Source of the DNA: Gammaproteobacteria bacterium
GTDB lineage: Bacteria > Pseudomonadota > Gammaproteobacteria > Pseudomonadales > Pseudomonadaceae
Assembly (NCBI GenBank): GCA_012728415.1
Contig: JAAYFD010000047.1
Location: 77,562 to 141,561, forward strand
DNA: 64,000 nucleotides
Direction: 5' to 3'
Every line of letters starts with the position of its first letter. The stretch's first letter is position 1. This document shows, one piece after another, positions 35,604 to 42,181 of this stretch. Below the pieces are notes generated by a model. It was not told the DNA's origin. It worked only from the letters and a program-made list of their open reading frames with translations, and did no database searches. Both the position numbers and the translations under genes were made by a program.

Positions 35604-36111
35604 AAAGCGCGTGACTGCGCTGCCGTGCGCTGAAAAAGTCAACACGGCAGTTGTCACTGAAACGGTTACGGCAGCTGTCCAGCTCGACAAAACCGTGGCC
35701 GTGGTCGTGGCCGGCACGCAAGGCCCAGTTGGCCCCCGTGGCCAGCCCGGCCCAGCCGGTGGCAGCGCTTTTATTCGCATTGCGGGCGAGCCTATCAGCG
35801 CCCTGCGTGCTGTGTATGAGCTGCCCAGCGGTGCAGTACACCCGCTGTCCGCTGACGATGCTGAACACATCGACCTGCTGGCCGGCATCACGATCACCAG
35901 CGCATCGGCAGGGCAGGAAATAACCGTGCAGCGAGCCGGCCCGCTTGATGCCAGCGGACTCAATTTACAGCCCGGCCGCGTATGGCTGGGCACGGACGGG
36001 GCACTCACGCAGACCCCGCCAGAAAGCGGCTTTGACACCCTGCTGGGCTACGCCACGGCAGAACAAAGGCTTTACATCGACATATCCGAAACAATCCAAC
36101 TGGAGCAATAA
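35587..36111 (+). CDS. Tail fibre protein with a short collagen-like GXY run
   Basis: ..GTQGPVGPRGQPGPAGG.. ATG at 35587 (MTAVIEK..). Confidence 0.6.
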   Translation: MTAVIEKRVTALPCAEKVNTAVVTETVTAAVQLDKTVAVVVAGTQGPVGPRGQPGPAGGSAFIRIAGEPISALRAVYELPSGAVHPLSADDAEHIDLLAGITITSASAGQEITVQRAGPLDASGLNLQPGRVWLGTDGALTQTPPESGFDTLLGYATAEQRLYIDISETIQLEQ

Positions 36112-36113
36112 CC

Positions 36114-36635
36114 ATGACCGCACAACGTTTTTTAACCCGCACCGGCGGCAAGACCAAGCAGGCACAAGGCAAGGCCACATCAACCGGCGCAACAGACGCG
36201 GGCGCTCTTGTAGCGCTTGACGATACCGGCCGACTTGATCCGTCTGTAATGCCGCTGGGTATCGGTGTTCAGGTGGATATTCTGCCAGCCGGCGAGGCGC
36301 TGGATGCAGGCGACTTTGTAAATATTTTCGATGATGCTGGCGTGGCCAAGGCCCGAAAGGCTGATAACAGCAATGGGCGTCCGGCTGATGGCTTTGTCAC
36401 CGCCGCCGTATCCAGCGCGGCAGACGCTACTGTCCACCCGCTGGACGGCGTGAACGCTGCAATGAGCGCGCTGCTGCCCGGCAAAGAATACTGGCTCGGC
36501 ACAGCTGGCGATGTCACTGATACCCCGCTGGACGAAACCGACCCAGCGAACGCAAACAAAATCAGCCAGCAGCTGGGCAAGGCTTTGTCCGACACTGAGC
36601 TGCGCACTGATGACTACGGTTACGTCATTCTTTAA
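36114..36635 (+). CDS. Tail-fibre module protein, hypothetical
   Basis: 173-aa ORF. Confidence 0.55.
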   Translation: MTAQRFLTRTGGKTKQAQGKATSTGATDAGALVALDDTGRLDPSVMPLGIGVQVDILPAGEALDAGDFVNIFDDAGVAKARKADNSNGRPADGFVTAAVSSAADATVHPLDGVNAAMSALLPGKEYWLGTAGDVTDTPLDETDPANANKISQQLGKALSDTELRTDDYGYVIL

Positions 36636-36648
36636 AAAGGAGTCTGCT

Positions 36649-37911
36649 ATGCGGCCTTTGATTCGATCCGGCGGCAAGACGATACAGGGGCCGCGGACTG
36701 TCACAGAGGCACCCCTTGACGGCAAGCAGTACGTCCGAAAAGACGGGGGATGGTCTGAGACAGACTTCACGGGGGCGCTACGCGACAAGCTGGTTGGCCT
36801 TGATGGACCGACCAGCATTTACATCACCCAGACCACCGAGTACACGATCACCGACTACGACGTATTCAGTGGCTACGAGGTGCAGGTAAGCGCCGGCACT
36901 GTCAGCATAGATGGCGATACCATCACGTATACAGCTCCAGGCGTTGCGGGTCCCGTGGTGCTCACGGTGATTGTCGGGGATCACCAGCGCAATATAGAAC
37001 TGGAGGTTCTACCCGAGAAGCCGGCCGCCCCTGTCATTACCTCGCCCGAGACCACGGGAGTCATGGGCGACCCGCTGCTCGCGGCTGGGCCTTTTGAGAT
37101 GATCGGTCCGAACGCGGACACGCATGCCGCAACGGACTGGGAGGTCTGGACCGGGCCTGGTCGGACTGGCGAGCTCGTCTGGTCATCGATAGGCAACACG
37201 GTTGATCTGCTGAGCATCCGGATGCCGGATATTCTCAATGTATCGACTGACTACTACGTGTCAGTTAGGTACGCCGGGGAAACTTTCGGTTACGGTGATT
37301 GGTCGGAAAGGGGGTTCAGAACTGCCGACCAGTTCCTGCCAACCGTTATCGGGCAACCTTTCGGTGGCGGGTTCTACGCCGGAAAGGTGCAGCAGAGTGA
37401 CGGTATATACGTGCTCATCGTCGCGCCCAAGGCGTCAGAGGCATCACTGGCGTGGAAGGATGCAAACACTGCAACTGCCGGCACAGACAGCCTGAATGAC
37501 GGCCTGGCCAACAGTGACGCGATGAACAACGCGACCCATGCCGCAGCTCAATATTGCCGTGCGTATAACGGCGGCGGATTCAGCGACTGGTATCTGCCAG
37601 CCAAGGATGAACTTGAGGTCTGCTACCGGAACCTCAAACCGGACTCGACAGAGAACAATACGTCTAGCGGGGAGAATACGAACAGCGTACCCGCTGCCGC
37701 CAATTACACCGCAGGAAGCCCCGCCCAGACAACTGCCGCAGCATTCAAGGAGGGCGGGGCTGAGGCGTTCACGGTGCCCGACTACTACTGGTCCTCGACT
37801 GAGGCCTCCGCGAGCACCGCCTGGTTCCAGCGCTTCAGCGATGGCCGCCAGCTCAACAACCTCAAGCTATACACGAGGCTGGTGCGCCCCGTCCGCAGAT
37901 TAAAAATTTAG
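36649..37911 (+). CDS. Tail fibre / receptor-binding protein with a DUF1566 (C-type-lectin-fold) C-terminus
   Basis: AGGAG SD before the ATG at 36649. C-terminus ..GGFSDWYLPAKDELEVCYRNL..YYWSSTEASASTAWFQRFSDGRQLNNLKLYTRLVRPVRR. Confidence 0.7.
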   Translation: MRPLIRSGGKTIQGPRTVTEAPLDGKQYVRKDGGWSETDFTGALRDKLVGLDGPTSIYITQTTEYTITDYDVFSGYEVQVSAGTVSIDGDTITYTAPGVAGPVVLTVIVGDHQRNIELEVLPEKPAAPVITSPETTGVMGDPLLAAGPFEMIGPNADTHAATDWEVWTGPGRTGELVWSSIGNTVDLLSIRMPDILNVSTDYYVSVRYAGETFGYGDWSERGFRTADQFLPTVIGQPFGGGFYAGKVQQSDGIYVLIVAPKASEASLAWKDANTATAGTDSLNDGLANSDAMNNATHAAAQYCRAYNGGGFSDWYLPAKDELEVCYRNLKPDSTENNTSSGENTNSVPAAANYTAGSPAQTTAAAFKEGGAEAFTVPDYYWSSTEASASTAWFQRFSDGRQLNNLKLYTRLVRPVRRLKI

Positions 37912-37929
37912 CCTTTAATCCTTTAATTT

Positions 37930-37943
37930 CCCGCGCTTGCGGG
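37930..37943 (+). other. Short GC hairpin (CCCGC-GCTT-GCGGG) 19 nt after the fibre gene stop
   Basis: Read directly. Preceded by a tandem CCTTTAAT x2 (37912-37927). Confidence 0.6.
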
Positions 37944-38245
37944 TAGCTCTTAACCCGACCAAAACCGTGTTACAGCCCATCGACCGTGGCGTGGATTTTG
38001 TCGGCCAGGTCATCAAGCCCTGGCGGCGAGTGCTGCGCGGCAGGATGCTGCCAGCCGCAATCCACAGGATCAGCGCCACTGATGACCCTGCAGCTCGCCG
38101 CAGCAGCGCAAACAGCTATCTAGGCCTGATGCGCCAGTGCAGCGCCTACCGCGAGCGAACGAACATAGCTCGCCGCATGCTTCGTTATGGGCACCCTGTA
38201 GACAGTAAGTTCACCCGTGCTTTCGCGCATCCTGGAGATAAGTAA
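37937..38245 (+). pseudogene. Reverse transcriptase C-terminal fragment (DGR-type), lacking the catalytic N-terminal ~2/3
   Basis: ..LNPTKTVLQPIDRGVDFVGQVIKPW.. (RT motif-7/thumb-like) and ..SYLGLMRQCSAYRER.. There are in-frame stops immediately upstream. Confidence 0.55.
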
Positions 38246-38871
38246 TGCGATATCTGAAATACACCTACGTCGACGCTGTGACCGGCGTACCGATCACTGA
38301 TGCACCTGCCCGAAACGGCCCAGCAGCGCCTGCTGTCGGCGGGCTCGCGTTCGGCTTCGCGCTGGAGTCACTATATCCCGCTGCTGTCCCAGTGCTGTAC
38401 GGCACCTGCCCAGACGGCGTCGCGCTGGACGTGCCAGGCGTAATCGCCGAGCTGACCGAGGCGGAATACACATCAGCCCTGGATGCCGAAATGATCAGCC
38501 GGCTTGAGCGGGCGAGGGTGGACGCAACCGCTGCGAACAATGCGGCTTACGAGCAGGCCATTGCACTGATGACTGCCGACTACCCGCCCGCTGAGATTCA
38601 GACGTGGGAGCGTCAGCGTGCCGAGGCCTTGGCCTGGAACGAGGACGCTTCTGCCGAAACGCCATGGATTGACTTGGCAGCGCTGGCGCGCGGACTCGAT
38701 CGTGAAGAGTACCTGGTCCGCACGCTGGCGAAGGTCAGCGCTTTCGCCCAGGCCAGCGCGTGGCTGACAGGGCGCCGCCAAGGGATCGACGACGCCATAC
38801 GTGCAGCTACTTCCGCCGTAGAAGTCCGGGCTGTCGTGATTGATTACGCCTTACCGGGAGGGTTCGCATGA
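38245..38871 (+). CDS. Hypothetical protein (possible DUF4376-like tail-fibre accessory or chaperone domain)
   Basis: ..IQTWERQRAEALAW..LAALARGL..KVSAFAQASAWLTGRRQGI.. pattern. Confidence 0.45.
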   Translation: MRYLKYTYVDAVTGVPITDAPARNGPAAPAVGGLAFGFALESLYPAAVPVLYGTCPDGVALDVPGVIAELTEAEYTSALDAEMISRLERARVDATAANNAAYEQAIALMTADYPPAEIQTWERQRAEALAWNEDASAETPWIDLAALARGLDREEYLVRTLAKVSAFAQASAWLTGRRQGIDDAIRAATSAVEVRAVVIDYALPGGFA

Positions 38872-39308
38872 CCGTTCATCTTGCGCTGCGCAAGCACGAC
38901 ACGCGAGCATCGGCCCGGCTGATTCAGCTGTGGACGGGTTCGATTTACAGTCACTGCGAGCTGCTGGTTGACGGGTGGTGCTATTCCAGCTCAGCAGTGG
39001 ACGGCGGTGTTCGCCGCAAGCAGATCAGCCTGGACCCAGAGAAGTGGGATGTTATGAGCCTGCCCTGGGCTGATAGTCGACAGGTACTGGAGTTCTTTTC
39101 GGAGACGGATCACTACCGCTACGGCTGGACTGGGCTGGTCTTGAGCCAGCTCTTCAACCTAAACCGCGCCCAGGACAAGGCGCAGTTCTGTAGTCACTGG
39201 TGCGCTGCCGCCCTGCAGCTACCAAACCCTGCGACCTTCAGTCCGGGCACGCTGGCGGGGATTTGTGATTTTATTGGCGGCCTAGTGTGCAAGGAGATCA
39301 CCGCATGA
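38868..39308 (+). CDS. Permuted papain-like (YiiX/C92, NlpC/P60-related) peptidase-like protein
   Basis: ..GSIYSHCELLVDG.. (His region) and ..AQFCSHWCAAAL.. (Cys region). Confidence 0.45.
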   Translation: MTVHLALRKHDTRASARLIQLWTGSIYSHCELLVDGWCYSSSAVDGGVRRKQISLDPEKWDVMSLPWADSRQVLEFFSETDHYRYGWTGLVLSQLFNLNRAQDKAQFCSHWCAAALQLPNPATFSPGTLAGICDFIGGLVCKEITA

Positions 39309-39605
39309 AGATAGCTCTTGCCGGATTCCGCGGCGAAATGCCAATTATTGATGAGCGTCTTCTGCCGCCACGTTTGTGGTGGCGTGGTGGTGGAGCCGAG
39401 AGAAGACGCAGCATGAGTACCGAGTTAAGGATGGCAAGCCTACCTACACAGTCTGGCATAAGGGATGGCTACCGACAGAATGGGATAGACACTCTATTCT
39501 TGATTTTGCTTTACCCGCAGTCGCTGTGGTTCTGTTTTCGATTCTTATCAACTGATTCACTCCTGCCATGCGGGGCGGTGATCAAAGTTGAGCATAAGGA
39601 GTTAG

Positions 39606-40127
39606 ATGATGATTCCAATTAAATACACACTCAGCGACGTAGTTGAAAAAGCAATCAAGCCGGCATATGCACTGCTGCCGGTAAGCATGCGCAGCCGAGA
39701 AGCCACGGCCATGCTACTGGCCATTGGCTTGCAGGAATCCGCTTTTAAGTATCGCCGGCAGATCAAGGGGCCAGCGCGGGGCTTCTGGCAGTTCGAAGCA
39801 GCTGGCGGGTTTCGCGGCGTTCTCCAGCACCGGTCAACCGAGCGGCACGCAGCTGCGCTGCTGGTCGAGCGTGGCCATGGCGGCATGATTGAGCGGGAGC
39901 AATTCGACCTGCTGGAGCATGACGACGTGCTTGCTGCCGGTATGGCCCGGCTGCTGCTGTGGACCGACCCGAAAGCACTGCCGGCGCTGAATCGCCCTGA
40001 TGATGCCTTCGAGTACTACCTGCGCACATGGCGACCAGGTGCATATACCCGAGGCGCAACCGAGCAGCGAACCGAGATCCGCGCGCGCTGGAATCGAGCC
40101 TACGGCGAGGCCATGCAGTATGCGTAA
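39606..40127 (+). CDS. Endolysin, lytic transglycosylase-like
   Basis: ..AMLLAIGLQESAFKYRRQ..GPARGFWQFE.. SLT-type catalytic Glu context. AAGGAG SD. Confidence 0.72.
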   Translation: MMIPIKYTLSDVVEKAIKPAYALLPVSMRSREATAMLLAIGLQESAFKYRRQIKGPARGFWQFEAAGGFRGVLQHRSTERHAAALLVERGHGGMIEREQFDLLEHDDVLAAGMARLLLWTDPKALPALNRPDDAFEYYLRTWRPGAYTRGATEQRTEIRARWNRAYGEAMQYA

Positions 40128-40569
40128 TTTAAGCCTTTACGCCCTGGTAGCCGTATCAGCAGCCATTGGCCTGTGGCTGCTTGCTGCTGCGCCCCGCATT
40201 GAGCTTGCGCAGACACAGCTGGATAACGCACTGGCCCGAATTGAGTCAGCAGAACGTCTGGATGCCGAGCGAATAGCCGTCATCGAAGCGCAGGCCGGCC
40301 AGCTTTCAAATTTGTTGGTGGCAGAAACTAAAAACAGAGAACTGCTGGCGCAAATCGCCAGCCAGGGCAGGGCGCACACGCAAGCACTGCAGGAGTTGAA
40401 AAGACATGATGCGCAGATTATTGATTACCTTCGGCAGCCTGTTCCTGCCGACCTTGGCCGGCTGTACCAGCGCACCGAAACCACCGACCCCGCTAGTTAT
40501 CGAAAGCAGGTCGGCCTGCCCGCTGACTCCGTGCGTGCTGCCGGGCCGGATGATGATCGTCACGAATGA
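40120..40569 (+). CDS. i-spanin (Rz-like)
   Basis: MRNLSLYALVAVSAAIGLWLLAA.. N-terminal TM helix followed by a coiled coil. Its start overlaps the endolysin stop. Confidence 0.7.
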   Translation: MRNLSLYALVAVSAAIGLWLLAAAPRIELAQTQLDNALARIESAERLDAERIAVIEAQAGQLSNLLVAETKNRELLAQIASQGRAHTQALQELKRHDAQIIDYLRQPVPADLGRLYQRTETTDPASYRKQVGLPADSVRAAGPDDDRHE

Positions 40570-40660
40570 CGACTGGGTGCGCAGCGTGGACGAGCTGGAA
40601 GCGGCACTGGCAATCTGTGCTGCTCAGGTGCTGGACTGTATCGAGCGGCAGCGGGAATAA
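40406..40660 (+). CDS. o-spanin (Rz1-like lipoprotein), overlapped architecture
   Basis: Lipobox ..FLPTLAGCTS.., Pro-rich mature part. Starts inside the Rz frame and extends beyond it. Confidence 0.75.
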   Translation: MMRRLLITFGSLFLPTLAGCTSAPKPPTPLVIESRSACPLTPCVLPGRMMIVTNDDWVRSVDELEAALAICAAQVLDCIERQRE

Positions 40661-40840
40661 ACCACGAATTCCAGGCAATAAAAACCGCTCACGATGGAGC
40701 GGTTTCGGGGTATGCTTGCAGCCGAGGCGTTTGGAAAAATGAAGCGCTAAGTTATTGATTGTTATAGCCTGTTTGTGTTGGTTTTCACGCTATTAATTGC
40801 TCGACATTTCCCTTTTAGATCATGCCGTTATGCGTTGGAA

Positions 40841-40894
40841 GCAGCCACCTTGACATGGTGGGGGTCGGTGGTTCGAATCCACTTGTGCCTACCA
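40841..40894 (+). other. tRNA-Val(GAC) 3' fragment (anticodon arm through CCA); likely attR core
   Basis: CCACC-TTGACAT-GGTGG, GGGTC, GGTGG-TTCGAAT-CCACT, TGTGCCT-A-CCA. Near-identical to the E. coli tRNA-Val(GAC) anticodon/T arms as recalled from memory. No 5' acceptor strand complementary to TGTGCCT lies upstream. Confidence 0.7.
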
Positions 40895-40910
40895 AATCAA
40901 ACAACAAAAG

Positions 40911-40945
40911 CAGCCGCTTACGAGTAAAATCGAGCGGCTGTTTTT
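40911..40945 (+). terminator. Intrinsic terminator downstream of the tRNA remnant
   Basis: CAGCCGCT..AGCGGCTG followed by TTTTT. Confidence 0.65.
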
Positions 40946-41521
40946 GTTTGTGCTGCAAAAAACCGCGGCACAAAACAGCCCGTTCCAGCGCTTTGCCTGC
41001 TTTTCTGGTAATGGAAGGAGAGGTGGCCATGTCACTGAATGTTGTACACCTGCTGCGCACAGCGGCCACGTCGGAGCAAGCTCTGATAGCCATCAAGGGA
41101 CTAGCTGGAGCTGAAAGAAGCATTACAAAATAGCCTGTTGCCAATATTGGTCGAAGTGCATCTTTGGTCTGAACTACCCAAGGCTTTTCATGCCAACATA
41201 GAGCAGGCGTACGTAGTGTTGCAGCCGGGCGTTAAGTCTGAATCCAGAAACATAGGCAACACAAGGTTTGTTGGTAGTTGGCGTCTGCATGCCTACCAGC
41301 GCAGGTAATTATTCAGGCCTTCCTTGGGTCTTGTCAGGCGTAATCGGCCTAATGTCTGCTGGGCTAAGATACTGGAGCCATTGGGGTATCAGGCCGCAAA
41401 CCAAAACACCCGAGCCCAGTGCGTACCATGACCCAGCCTGTACCCCGTTGTCACATCGGCTTTTCCTGGCTGCAAATTCGTAATAGGCTACGCAGCAGTT
41501 ATTGCCCTGGAGCCGTTTTCC

Positions 41522-41941
41522 GTGAAGCACCTGATCGAGTTTTTCAAGATTCTTGCCGTGGCTATCCCTTTCAGTCTGGTGGTTTCCAGTATCGAGCCGT
41601 ACCCGAACCACAGCGAGCTGCTTGTGATGCCGGCCAGTCTGGTGCTGTTTATGGTTGTGGCCTATCTATTCAAGCGGCCACAAAGCCGGCGTCGCTGGCT
41701 GGTATTTGGCCTGATCACGGTGGTTTGTTATGTGATTGCGCTGCTATGGTTCTGGCAGGGGGCCATGCGCGGTTTGTGGTTTCCGCCGGTGCTGCCGGTC
41801 ATTGAGCAGTTTTTCACCGTGGACGGTGAAGGCAAGCTGGATGCGGCGGTCAGTAACCTGTTCCTGATGCTGTGGTTTGTAGGGCTGGTGCTGGGCGGGT
41901 TGCGCTTGTTACAGGCGCAAAAGCCCGTAGTTGTTGACTGA
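41522..41941 (+). CDS. Integral membrane protein, hypothetical
   Basis: 139 aa with about four hydrophobic helices. GTG start. Confidence 0.5.
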   Translation: MKHLIEFFKILAVAIPFSLVVSSIEPYPNHSELLVMPASLVLFMVVAYLFKRPQSRRRWLVFGLITVVCYVIALLWFWQGAMRGLWFPPVLPVIEQFFTVDGEGKLDAAVSNLFLMLWFVGLVLGGLRLLQAQKPVVVD

Positions 41942-41997
41942 TGCTGCATCGCTGCCTGCCTTGACAAGCCGCACAGAAAACGGATAATCCCACCCTC

Positions 41998-42019
41998 GGG
42001 CCGCCAATGCGGCCTTTTT
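41998..42019 (+). terminator. Hairpin plus T5 (terminator of the upstream gene, or a leader element of thrS)
   Basis: GGGCCGC-CAAT-GCGGCC(T) followed by TTTTT. Preceded by TTGACA-16-GATAAT (41961-41988). Confidence 0.5.
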
Positions 42020-42083
42020 GATTTGTATCGCAGCCAAGGCTGCGTCCAGTAACTCCGGTTTGCCATGCCAGGGGAACTCCCGT

Positions 42084-42161
42084 CTGCCACTGTAGGGCAG
42101 GAGGCACGCAGGCCGATCTTGCTGGCTCATCCCAACCCATGTGACCTTTGGTAGGGGTCAC
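42084..42161 (+). promoter_or_regulatory. thrS leader with two anticodon-arm-like hairpins (putative ThrRS translational operator)
   Basis: CTGCC-ACTGTAG-GGCAG (loop centred on UGU) at 42084-42100. GTGACC(T)-TTGGTAG-(G)GGTCAC (loop centred on GGU) at 42141-42161, next to the AGGAGAGGAGG SD. Confidence 0.45.
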
Positions 42162-42181
42162 CACTAGGAGAGGAGGCGCCA

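Larger units (their letters stand above)
1..40894. mobile_element. Integrated lambdoid prophage (HK97-type head genes, siphovirus tail); left end lies beyond the window, right end at a tRNA-Val 3' fragment
   Basis: Contiguous phage modules in lambda-like order (int, xis, recombination, cI/cro, replication, late regulator, lysis, packaging, head, tail, lysis). They are bounded on the right by a partial tRNA and then by housekeeping genes. Confidence 0.88.

Noticed and set aside
35680-35760. The collagen-like GXY run considered as a separate repeat or contingency locus
   Set aside because: It has only about five to six GXY triplets within a tail-fibre ORF. Such runs are common in phage fibres, and there is no nucleotide-level tandem repeat.
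37700-38245. An active DGR with variable repeat, template repeat, avd and RT
   Set aside because: Only about 100 C-terminal RT codons are present. No avd-like gene is present. By eye, no second copy of the fibre 3' end exists in this window. It is therefore reported as a relic and not as a functional element.
40819-40894. Calling an intact tRNA-Val gene here
   Set aside because: The 76 nt ending at the CCA do not fold as a cloverleaf. The 5' seven nucleotides (ATCATGC) pair with the 3' acceptor strand (TGTGCCT) at only 1 of 7 positions. There is no proper D arm. Only the 3' ~54 nt are tRNA-like.
40815-41144. Two ~100-codon ORFs on opposite strands (40815-41144 minus, 40822-41133 plus) spanning the tRNA remnant
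   Set aside because: They run through a tRNA fragment and its terminator and overlap each other completely. Apart from the short SD-preceded 34-codon tail of the plus frame, they have no start context.
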